A stretch of 64,000 nucleotides of DNA from the NCBI RefSeq assembly GCF_963676685.1, contig NC_092346.1:70494001-70558000 (forward strand), in the 5' to 3' direction. The notes beneath the pieces were generated by a model that saw only the letters and a program-made list of their open reading frames with translations, did not search any database and was not told the origin of the DNA. Of this stretch, positions 24,701 to 33,019 are shown one piece after another. The stretch's first letter is position 1, and each line of letters opens with the position of its first letter. Both the position numbers and the translations under genes were made by a program. The stretch is from Mytilus edulis (Eukaryota).

Positions 24701-27700
24701 ACTACACAAAATCTACGATTTTTCTTTTCCTATTGTTAGATTTCCTTCTCTGGATGGTAATTTTTCTTTTGGCACAATCTTTCTGTGTTTATATATCACC
24801 ACTCGGTCGCTATGCCCGTGTTTGTAGTGTCGTTTTGCATTGAATGAATTTAATCTATGTATTAGTGGTATACTATCAATTCTGAGATAGCGTTACCACA
24901 AATCACTTAAAAGCCTTGACTAAATTCATTCATAGAAACATATTTGGTTTGTACCTGTAGAAAACTTATTTCAAATGGCATAGCATATCTTAATATTTAT
25001 TAGGATAATGGTTACTGAGCTCGAAATTTTAGGTACGATTTTGGTAAACTTATTGATCCGTAAAATACATGTATTCTAAAAGATAACTAGGTCAACACTG
25101 TAATGAGATCTTTGAATATTGTCTTTATTGGATAAATATTGAATTTGATATCAGTTAATTAAAAACAAACTATATTATAGTTATATGCATATGCACATTA
25201 TCGGTTCTACAATCTGTCAATACCTGTATTTTGGCATTTGGAAAGTCATGTTTTTTTCTATATTTGTTAATGTCGTCTTTACATTTAATCTATTGTATGT
25301 GCACTGTCGATATTTAAGTCTTTGACACATGGTTTGTTTAAGTAGTTGTTATATGCTTTGACCTATCTGTCAGTAACTGTAAGTGCTTTCAGATCAGGAC
25401 TCAAGTGTATTTTTTGTTGTTAGTGATGAGGGATCATGGATTAATATACTGCCACGTCAGGTCTATTTTTGTTTCTTGTTTCCTGCTTTTAAACGATCTA
25501 AAGACGAACGATTTTCAACTGATGTTTTCGTTTGAATTAGTTTTCATTTATCATTTCGGGGCATTTTATAGCTATCTATGCGATCTTGGTGTTGCTCGTA
25601 CGGTGACCTATAGTTGTTTAGTTTAATTCTATGGCATTTGGTCTCTGGTGGAGAGTATACACAACACAATCTTAAAATTATCAAGGACATTAACTCTTGA
25701 ACGTTAAAAGTGAAAATCGTCAGTATTGAACTTGACGTTCATTTCATATTTACTGGCAACATTTTAAAATTTGAAATCATTGATTGGTTGAACAGTTCAT
25801 AATTTATTGTACAGAAACTACATAAAGTGTCATGTTTCCAATATATTAAGAACAATAACTCCTGAGCGGTAAAATTGTGAATTGTCAATATTTACACTTT
25901 TATTTTTAAAGTATTGGTTGAACAGTTAAGCAATTGCAGATAAAAATAATAAGTTAATTTCTTGATTGACAACATATTTGTTACGTTCGGAGGACGTGTT
26001 TTTCAACAGACTGTCGGCATTCCAATGGGAACAAACTGTGCCCCTCTACTCGCCGACTTGTTTCTTTATTATTATGAGGCTGACTTCATGCAGGAACTTC
26101 TTAGGAAGAAAGATAAGAAGTTAGCAATATCCTTTAACTCTACTTTCCGCTATATAGATGATGTTCTTTCACTAAACAATTCAAAATTTGGTGACTATGT
26201 GGAACGCATCTATCCAATCGAACTAGAGATAAAGGATACTACAGATACAGTTAAGTCGGCTTCATATCTTGACTTACATCTAGAAATTGACAATGAGGGT
26301 CGGTTGAAAACAAAACTTTACGACAAAAGAGATGATTTTAGCTTTCCAATTGTGAACTTTCCATTTCTTAGTAGCAACATTCCAGCAGCACCTGCATACG
26401 GGGTATATATCTCCCAATTGATACGATATTCCCGTGCTTGCATTTCCCATGATTTTCTTGATAGAGGTTTGCTGCTCACAAGGAAGCTATTAAACCAAGA
26501 GTTCCAAATGGTGAAGTTGAAATCATCCCTTCGTAAATTTTACGGACGCCATCACGAGTTGGTTGACCGTTATGGAATAACCGTTTCACAAATGATATCG
26601 GATATGTTCCTTACGTCGTAACTACAATCCCCTTCCCTTTCATGAATATGACCTACCGAATTAGACTATTTACCGGATTTGTAATCACTTAAGCAACACG
26701 ACGGGTGCCACATGTGGAGCAGGATCTGCTTACCCTTCCGGAGCACCTGAGATCACCCCTAGTTTTTTGGTGGGGTTCGTGTTGTTTATTCTTTAGTTTT
26801 CTATGTTGTGTCGTGTGTACTATTGTTTTTCTGTTTGTCTTTTTTATTTTTAGCCATGGCGTTGTCAGTTTGTTTTAGATTTATGAGTTTGACTGTCCCT
26901 TTGGTATCTTTCGTCCCTCTTTTAAGAAGTTATTGAACGGAAACTGTTGACATTGAATTTCGCTCGCCCGCCGTTCAACACCACATAAATAACCGTATCT
27001 TTATACGGAGAAAATCAGGTTAAAAAGCTTTAACTGTTTTTTTTTCTCTTGAAACTTTCATAACAAATCTTAAATTCACATATTTAAATGTATTTTAGGG
27101 AATGGTACTGTCGATTTCGATGAATTTGTAGCAATGATGTCTCGTTACTATTCGACCATGGACCCCGAGAAAGAAATGAGAGATGCATTCCGTGTATTCG
27201 ACAAGGATGGAAATGGTTATATCAGTAAATCAGAGTTGAAGTCAGTTATGCACAGTTTAGGAGAAAAACTAAATGACCAAGAAATTGAGGAAATGATCCG
27301 TGCTGCTGATGCTGATAAAGATGGTGCAATAAATTATTCAGGTATCTCGTATATTGCATTTATAGTGATTTAACTCTAAACTAGCTGCAAAATATTTGAA
27401 AATTTCAAAACTTATCTTCATTGTCGTGATGGGTTTTTTTTTTTTCAAAGACAGCAACATTTACACATTGTTTTTATCATAAAACTTCAAAGAAATATAC
27501 CTCAATAATGCTCCCTAAAAATGAAAAAAAATATTGAAAAAACTGAAACATTGCTTCATTATGTAAACTTTGATTCACTTGCTGAACCCCGGTAACGATA
27601 AAACAGTCTTTAATAACAGTTGATAATATCTCTTATTATGATACACAGAGGACTGATTCAAAATCATACAATGATAACATACATTCAAGATTCCTTAAAT

Positions 27701-28075
27701 AATTATGCTTATAACGTTATATCATCAATAAAAAGATTCATATGGCATAACATATAATGTATACTTAGACTAACGAGTAGGAAATGCGTAGGTTAATTCA
27801 ATATATTCATTGATTTTGTTCCAGTACAAAAAGTTAGAAAAAAAACCTAGATAGGAATAACTATAAATATTTGACACAATCCAACATCAACATTTAAAAA
27901 AAAAAAGATAAAAATCGAATGATAAAATGTATTAATTCAAGGAATCTGTCATGCATAAAAATTTGTTCCAGTGGTTCTTATCTCTGAAATACTACATGTT
28001 TCATTTTTTATTCAAAATTGTCTTTATTTATTCTTTCTTTTAGAATTCGTCAAAATGGTATGCCAAACGAAGTGA
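739..28075 (+). CDS. Calmodulin-like protein, 150 aa, 5 coding exons (739-741, 21619-21649, 22654-22797, 27099-27341, 28044-28075)
   Basis: GT-AG splicing gives [150 protein letters not shown]. It has four EF-hand loops. Exon sizes 3/31/144/243/32 follow the classic calmodulin layout (3/31/144/107+136/29). The ATG exon is the least certain part. Confidence 0.88.
2568..3343. mobile_element. Palindrome-headed non-autonomous element with internal CTCGCCCCAC repeats and a tRNA-like segment
   Basis: ~110-bp hairpin at 2568-2676 (aatagttatccca...tgggataactatt), then ttacatcccagct, which is inverted at ~3330-3342 (agctgggatgtaa). Confidence 0.55.
3078..3145 (+). pseudogene. tRNA-derived / SINE-head-like segment
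   Basis: A-box-like TGGTGCAGTGG and B-box GAGTTCGAATCC at tRNA spacing, but no intact acceptor stem. Confidence 0.5.
6855..6900 (+). ncRNA. Degenerate minimal type-I hammerhead ribozyme in a Penelope-associated repeat
   Basis: gcgaca-CTGATGA-gact...agac-GAAA-gcgcg-TC-tggt; core intact, stems I and II mismatched. Confidence 0.55.
7503..8692 (+). mobile_element. Helentron-associated (HINE/DINE-1/pearl-like) elements: headless copy 7503-7989 followed by complete copy 7990-8692
   Basis: TTTTT-ATACGCCCGTC subTIR, palindrome cgtcaaaattttgacg, GTCC microsatellite, ~175-bp internal tandem units, 3' subTIR gggcgtat and terminal hairpin tgcgctcatggcgca-gctgTTT. Confidence 0.75.
11684..12703 (-). repeat. 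3' LTR, with ~21-bp CACCTAGT tandem units and a ~119-bp internal duplication
   Basis: tgtaatgtg...tttgtcaca; matches 15482-16128 joined to 20923-21287, with scattered substitutions. Confidence 0.92.
12704..12718 (-). promoter_or_regulatory. Polypurine tract
   Basis: cggaggcgtgggtaa on the - strand abuts the 3' LTR and is preceded by the catgcGAGGACgcatg hairpin. Confidence 0.7.
12828..12952 (-). ncRNA. Structured RNA resembling the Deu/Nin SINE core domain, in the LTR element 3' UTR
   Basis: - strand tcggatggggacgttaaatccgaggcccc...gtaaaagacccc...tcgttaagagtagg; several stems; similarity to Deu/Nin is from recollection. Confidence 0.5.
13075..13440 (-). pseudogene. Charged 121-aa ORF after the protease, probably the disrupted C-terminus of the polyprotein
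   Basis: ORF track; acidic then basic composition; no RT, RNase H or integrase motifs. Confidence 0.4.
13464..15294 (-). pseudogene. Gypsy gag-protease, frameshifted (14779-15294 and 13464-14594)
   Basis: [49 protein letters not shown] zinc knuckle, LIDTGATVS and ILGIDF protease motifs. Confidence 0.88.
15459..15478 (-). promoter_or_regulatory. Primer-binding site, tRNA-Leu type, partly decayed
   Basis: + strand atcccaccgctgc equals the recalled 3' end of eukaryotic tRNA-Leu (…ATCCCACCGCTGCCACCA); it lies next to the 5' LTR. Confidence 0.7.
15482..16128 (-). repeat. 5' LTR, segment adjoining the internal region
   Basis: Homologous to 11684-12333; breaks at the LINE tail. Confidence 0.9.
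16207..19710 (-). CDS. LINE ORF2: hydrophobic leader + 2A peptide + PHD finger + APE endonuclease + reverse transcriptase
   Basis: 1167 aa open. Motifs: DVEQNPGP; CGLC...[12 protein letters not shown]...WLCCKC; LTLNCRS, GTESWL, GDFN, SDHD; [29 protein letters not shown]; C-terminal SFF...WNQL. Confidence 0.96.
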   Translation of the reverse strand: MKIFTLIIAVTLIYNIGQSIFNEKSWDHRHLLTNLLNNKWSSAGRKPMTLPVKPNKNYSMAILILLLAGDVEQNPGPRTKQQSIYPCGLCEHPVTWNCEGVCCDDCNIWHHKTCMELCSADYDLLQRSNVQWLCCKCESINVSTFTFHSYELNTSNYYDPLTHNSTFESITSNAFSPLKTSSPKGNNSINNNTSKGNKSKNRTNSSNVFNIPKKQNLRILTLNCRSIKDKTSEFSAAVNYIKPDIICGTESWLKGEHPGKNPTKDAIKSSEVFPENYTAYRNDRGTLGGGVFILVQNDIIAIEKPEFVTKCEIEWVKIQMKDKKDLTIGSFYMPHRNMEHIKELDKSLDHISNKNQTIMLTGDFNCPDINWNTMSVNQNAQDKEIQIALMEVIISHSLTQIHETPTRGNNLLDIVLTSNPSLIKTSSNAPGISDHDMIVTDCDTKPHYQSKKPRKCYIYSKAKWEDLHKDLTILSTNIIEMYHSGATVQELWDKFKTDLYSNLDNHIPSKLIRSKTSLPWINHKIRKMFKKKTRLYQQAKKTNNWTNYRHFQKECKRQIRKAEYNYINTTILEGLENNNSKPFWKYVKSRKQDNIGIAPLKSNGHLINDSKGKAELLIKQFSSVFTRNKDKTLPTTSKHIKSTIPPLYINTDGVEKLLKKLNTSKASGPDGIPNRILKECSKQLAPGLTMIFQKSINTGTLPRDWLNANISSVFKKGDKHAPENYRPVSLTSVPCKLLEHIICRHILKHLEKHRVLTSLNHGFRSGYSCETQLLVTLHDFMKAFDAGKQIDVAILDFSKAFDTVPHNKLLHKMNEYGIRGPLNKWLEMFLTQRKMKAVVDGEESEEASVDSGVPQGTVLGPLLFLCHINDLPDSVQSSVRLFADDCLLYRNINSQHDHTLLQRDLQNLEVWATNWGMRFNAKKCYILSIKNKSQKMYSLDGHVLQQVQHNPYLGLQISEDLKWTTHISNVAKKANSTLGFLRRNLRFCPKDCKKTAYISLVRSTMEYGAIIWDPYTQHDINQLERIQRRAARFITGDYRSREEGSVTKMLAELELDNLQTRRTSQRLVFLYKVVEGLVPAINPDDFLVKSKPKRKIKPKTFDNFVCANIVTNSVKNNSKALDTIPSNTDPYKNSFFVKSVLHWNQLEDRIVCADTVESFKAALQHRQ
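19480..19530 (-). other. 2A (StopGo/ribosome-skipping) peptide
   Basis: [16 protein letters not shown]|P matches D(V/I)ExNPGP with a hydrophobic upstream helix. Confidence 0.88.
19817..20554 (-). CDS. LINE ORF1, SGNH/GDSL esterase domain
   Basis: 245 aa; block I VFSDS, block II SGAK, block III LGTCD, block V DGIHP. Confidence 0.85.
   Translation of the reverse strand: MSNSKLVKFLNNTKEQPTTQKKYTPVVFSDSKGNWLKNHVNRSHSVEKEIIWWCKSGAKIADRLKWLQTTLNIKTRELGAIWIYVWLGTCDLTSYNKKYISINTYTDETIDHLIDHYNKIIELVQQYDSCKITILETPVYSIYRWNCHRKHKTPEEFKEQDNILTDQVIRLNFKIKELNTNINSHSPKFSNDLQTKSKFKKGDHRTSTTRTQYNYNLYADGIHPDNLLAKTWLKKIAEQAQINCW
20693..20913 (-). promoter_or_regulatory. Putative LINE internal promoter with NRF1 and YY1 motifs
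   Basis: TGCGCATGCGC at 20903-20913, ~10 bp from the element 5' end; AAGATGGCGG at 20693-20702. Confidence 0.55.
20923..21287 (-). repeat. 5' LTR, outer segment
   Basis: caatcgtaaagacttt...tttgtcaca, homologous to 12334-12703. Confidence 0.9.
21619..21649 (+). CDS. Calmodulin-like exon 2 ([11 protein letters not shown]), 31 bp
   Basis: tttcag|GCT...AGTG|gtaagc; same 31-bp size and phase as calmodulin exon 2. Confidence 0.88.
22654..22797 (+). CDS. Calmodulin-like exon 3 (EF1 and start of EF2), 144 bp
   Basis: ttttggcag|AC TGG...GAC G|gtatat; 144 bp as in calmodulin. Confidence 0.93.
23591..24176 (+). mobile_element. Palindrome-headed non-autonomous element (second family)
   Basis: ~135-bp hairpin (ttagttacatagt...actatgtaacgaa), IR ttatcttacc/ggtaggataa, two aagccccgcctccc repeats; inverted copy at 37575-38103, fragment at 8845-8910. 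Confidence 0.7.
24652..25630 (+). mobile_element. Old Penelope-like fragment (family 2)
   Basis: Degenerate match to 28830-30005 ([14 protein letters not shown] codons and 3' region). Confidence 0.6.
25959..26923 (+). mobile_element. 5'-truncated Penelope-like element (family 1), RT C-terminal half, ORF 25962-26621
   Basis: [42 protein letters not shown]; the ORF ends without a C-terminal GIY-YIG domain. Confidence 0.88.
27099..27341 (+). CDS. Calmodulin-like exon 4 (end of EF2, EF3, EF4), 243 bp
   Basis: ttttag|GG AAT GGT...TCA G|gtatct; encodes [12 protein letters not shown] and the LGEKL motif. Confidence 0.93.
28044..28075 (+). CDS. Calmodulin-like last coding exon ([10 protein letters not shown])
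   Basis: Polypyrimidine tract + tag|AA TTC GTC AAA ATG GTA TGC CAA ACG AAG TGA. Confidence 0.88.
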
Positions 28076-28329
28076 TGTTAAATGACAAATTCTTTAAACT
28101 GTAACATATCTAACATATACTTATCATTCCCAAAGAACGACAAAAGTTTCCGATCAAGACACCATCTACCTATCAAGATATCACCACCATTATAACCAGT
28201 AATTGGAACTAATAACTACATAGCAAACTGATATCCTTGTTCAGTGACAGTGACATTATCGATATTGAATGTTGTCATGTTTGTTTGTTGCGAGAAATGT
28301 ATATTGAATGTATGTCAACTTCCTTTTAC

Positions 28330-28403
28330 AATAAAGTCAAGGCTTTAACATACTTTGTATATCAAAATTAATATCCTTGCACTACATGTTTTTTTTCAAT
28401 AAA
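28330..28403 (+). terminator. Candidate polyadenylation signals of the calmodulin-like gene
   Basis: AATAAA at 28330-28335 and 28398-28403, 255-330 bp after the stop; weak evidence in AT-rich DNA. Confidence 0.4.
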
Positions 28404-28499
28404 AATTGTTTGCTACTTTTGCAACAAAATATTTTCTCAGTAAAATGAGGCGATATATGACAATAGCAAAATGTCGCTTTTTATAAGTTTCGTTAACAA

Positions 28500-28822
28500 T
28501 GGTTGACTCCTGTCATGTAATGTTGTCAATTTAACGTTATATTTAACATTGCCATTAAAGCGGGAGGTTTGTCATGCCACAAAACTAGGAACAACCCAAA
28601 AAGAAAATTCTTACAAATGTCCTGTACCAAGTCAGGAAAATGACCATTGTTATTTGGTTCGTTTCTGTGTGTGTTACATTTTAATGTTGTGTTTCTGTTG
28701 TGGTAGTTCCCGTATATTTGATGCGTTTCCCTCAGTTTTAGTTTGTAACCCGGATTTGTTTGGTTTTTTTTTTCAATCGATTTATGAATTTCGAACAGCG
28801 GTATACTACTGTTGCCTTTATT
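28500..28822 (+). repeat. 3' part of the short Penelope-associated repeat also present at 54058-54768
   Basis: Reverse-complement similarity, ending cagcggtatactactgttgcctttatt. Confidence 0.6.
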
Positions 28823-28829
28823 TAGAAAA

Positions 28830-30005
28830 AGTTAAATACATGAAAATTTACCCCAAGGAACTTACTTTAAATAAATCAAATTTAAATGGTCATAACTGTC
28901 CTTTCTTAGATTTAGATATTTTGGTTTGAAACGGGAAACTCAATACTAAAATTTACGACAAAAGGGACGATTTTTCGTTCCCTATTGTTAATTTTCCATT
29001 TTCGTTCGCTACGCCCGTGTCTGTTGTGGCGGTTTTTGATTTTAACGAACGTAATCTATGTATTACTGGTAAATTATTAAACCAGGGATTTCGTTACAAT
29101 AAATTACTTAAAACCTTTAATAAATTTCTCCATAGATATAAATATTTGATTTTGAAGTTTGGTTGTACCAGTAGAAAAGTTATTTCAAACGGGATAGCAC
29201 ATCCTCTTTTTTACGGAAATGTTACTAACCGTGCCCGGGAAGAATTTAGAAATGATCCTAGTAAACCTATCGCTCCTTTAAATAAACTTATTCTAAAAGG
29301 TTACAAATTCAACACTGTAATAAGATCATTGAACATTGGTATAAATATTGATTTTGTCATCAGTCAATTAAAAGCAATTAAATATTACTAGTATGTTATA
29401 TACATATACACATTCATGAACCTACAATCCGTCGATACCTGTTTCTTGGCATTGCACAAGGTTATGGGTTTTTTTTACTGTTTATGACGACTTTACACTA
29501 AATCCATTGGATGTTGGATGTGTATGGATTGATAATTTAGTCTTAGATGCATGATTTTTTTATTAGTTGTTAGTGGCTTTAAACTAGCTGTCAGTGAACT
29601 GCGAGTACTCTCAGATCTGTACCTAGTGTCTTTTTGTTGTTGGAATGTAAGAGTACCCAGCCACGTCCACTTGTAGTTTTGTCCATCTGATGAGTTGAGT
29701 CTTTTTCAACTGATTTTTATAGTTCGTTCTTATGTTGTACTGTTATACCAATGTCCCAGGTTAGGAGGAGGGTTGGGATCCCGCTAACATGTTTATTAAC
29801 CCCGCCACATTATGAATGTATGTGCCTTTCCCAAGTCAGGATCCTGTAATTCAGTGGTTGTCGTTTGTTAATGTGTTAAATATTTGTTTTTTCGTTCATT
29901 TTTTGTGCTTAAATAAAGCTGTTAGTTTTCTCATTTGAATTGTTTTACATTGTCATTTCGAGGCTTTTTATATCTGACTATACGGTATGGGCTTTGCTCA
30001 TTGTT
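28830..30005 (+). mobile_element. Penelope-like fragment (family 2), decayed
   Basis: [46 protein letters not shown] with stops and deletions. Confidence 0.8.
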
Positions 30006-33000
30006 TAACAAACGACAACCACTGAATTACAGGCTCCTGACTTGGGACAGGCACATACACACAGAATTGTTGTCAATATATAGGAATGTTTAGCATATCT
30101 CATACAAGTGAGAGGTTTAGCTAGCTTTAAAACCAGATGTTATCCACTAAAGTCCATACTATACATGAGGAAATGCCTGTACCAAATAAGGATTATGACA
30201 GTTGTTTGTGTTTGAACTTTTGATTTGGAAGGGACTTTCCGTTTTGAATTTTCCTTCCAGTCGGAATTTTTTGTTACTTTGCATTTCATGTATACAACTG
30301 TAACCCATAATGTTTTCTGGCTTCATTGTATATATCTTTGAACCCTACAGCAAATGAATGAAATCAAATTTCTGTTCAGGCAAATTATTGATTTCTAAAT
30401 TTGTCTGTCGTCATGTGTAAAGGTTTATGATCTAAATTAGTTTATCTGTTATCGGAATTAGTCTATCTATTATTTCTTTGTATTTGCTATAACAATCATG
30501 CAATATTTCATTTTTGAATTTCCGATAACGCTGCTTGAACACTGCAACATGATTGACATTTGGTTATAAACGAAAAAATGTTAAAATATTTCAAGAGTGT
30601 GAAGTCATCAATATCAGCACGACGTTAAAACATTCTCTGACTATCGCTAACTTTTTCAATAATGGAATCTGTCGTTGAAGTAAAAGGTTTTAATGATAAA
30701 ATTACAACACTTGTCAACAAAATTTATTATTTACCATTTTCATGAATAATAACGTATGAATTTATCTGATAGAAAATTACTTTACGCATGCAACAGTTGG
30801 TTAACGGATATTATTTTTCAATATTTGTATGTTAAATACGTTAATATGATATATTTGTGTCGTCTTCTGTCAGATATTGGCGTCGGTCTAGAAAGAATTA
30901 ATCAAATCTTATTGAAAAATAGTAGTAAATAATATAAATATAACGCGATTTTTGTTTTCATGAATTAAAATATAAACTTTTGTTTTATTATACAGTTCAA
31001 CTAATAGACGCATTATACCAATTCACGTTATTCGAATTAGGATTGGTGCAAATAATCTCTAGATACATCGAGCGAGCAAAACACGTGGGTATACCTCAAA
31101 AAGACAACAACACAACAAAATATTAGATGATGTACACAGCTCTATAATACCGGGGTATTACCGGTATTATAGGTTGCATTTCTGTAAATATTGACAATGC
31201 AATTTCCTATAGGAACTCCTTTTACGGCTCAAACTGTACAACTTTTACTATGAAGTTTTGAAAAAAGTCTTATCCTACAATTGAAAGTTCATATGCACCA
31301 CAATTTTTTTCAAAGGTCAAAATATAGGGCTGTGTGGCATATTTTCACCGTTTATATACCCTGAACTTCTCAGAGTTTAAACTAACACTAATTTTCTTAA
31401 CTACCCCTACCTCGAATGAAAGGTTACAACAGATTTAAATGTAAACAATATGCACATGTAAGACATAATAGTGTCCTATGAAAAAGTGTCAAATGGACAC
31501 TTTTTCATTGAAATTTGGTATTTAATAATAAGTGTTGACCTTATTTAGATAACTTTACTTATGTTACTTTCACATTGTAAATAAACTCATCATAGATACC
31601 AGGATAAATGGTATGTTATATACATACACGTATGTAGTATGCTGAAAATGTTTCAGAAAATAAACTTGTCATTTCTTTGGTCTATTTGATTGAAAGCCAG
31701 AAACCTTTTGGTATCATCTTTCTTTGCATGATTGATGTGTTATTGGTAAATCTCGCCTCTGCCCAAAATCTAGATAATTAGCTCCAATGGCCTGACTCTC
31801 TACTCTCGGAGTTTAGCTCTGAGATATTGATTTCAAATTCTGACAACCTACATTTGTAAGACAGTTTATTATTTTTTTTCTAAAACAAAAAATTTGGAGC
31901 AGTTTTAAAAATTAACTTACGATCTATGAAGCATTTTGAAGATTCAAATAGGTAATAGGCGGAAAATATGGAGATCCTTCATTTTTCCACTGTCTGCCCA
32001 TGCAGTGCTGGAACATAAAAAAAACTACAATAATTACCAAACGTTTTGATAATTTCTATACGTTTCAGGAAAGATAACTTCCGCTTTTCCAAAACAGAAC
32101 ACATAGGTTTACTCAAATCATTCGTTTCTACACACATCAGTTATACAGGATTATTTTTATTTGATTTTATAAGTAAGTTAAAAGCACACATCCCGTTAAT
32201 TTATATATGATCCAAAAACAACAACTTCTGAAACACCAAGAACATTATTTTTTTTCTATCTTCGTGGTCCATATGCTTAGGTTCTCTTTGTTTGCAAACT
32301 AAAGCCACTTTTGCCTATCAGCATTTATTTGGTCTTGCAGTTCACACAAATCATCAAAATTGCAATAAAGAGTTTCAGTTGCAGATGTAATTCATTAGGG
32401 TCAAAAATGAATAATAATAACGATTAAAAAAAAGTTGATATCTTTAAATGTGATTCATTTTTTTAATATTCCTTTTTCGAAAATGTGTTGGTATACTTTT
32501 ACCATTTAGAAACTAAGCATTCTTCCAGCTAATTACTTTCGGTTTTTCTTTACTACAAATATGGATTTCATATCGGAAAGTGATTTATTTTCATCAGCTA
32601 GATCTAAATTGGTCTGATGTCTGGAGATCTTCTAACAATCGCCTATTCCATGTTTGTAAATGCAAATAAGATAACTAAACGTTATTGTAGAATTTGATCT
32701 TTCGTTATTTAACTTTTGTTATGGTGAATGTAATAATAGCGTAACGTCACGTGCTTGATTTTTCATTGAAAAATATTTGTTCGTTTGGAAGACCAGATTT
32801 TCAGCAAGCAATCAGTATTTTCATTAAATCAATTTGGACGCCTCGGTAACTTTATTCACGAGGCACACTTTAAACAGAGGCTTCTAAGGAAAAATGAATA
32901 GATGCAAGCACTATTCGTTGAACAAATCTATAGAAAGGTCACAGAGGACTTGTAATATTTGTTCTCATAATGATATAGAAGATGAGTTTCATTTTTTAAT

Positions 33001-33019
33001 AAAGTGTCCATTGTATAAT

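Noticed and set aside
29686-29715. Hammerhead at ctgatgag
   Set aside because: No GAAA and cleavage triplet at the required spacing
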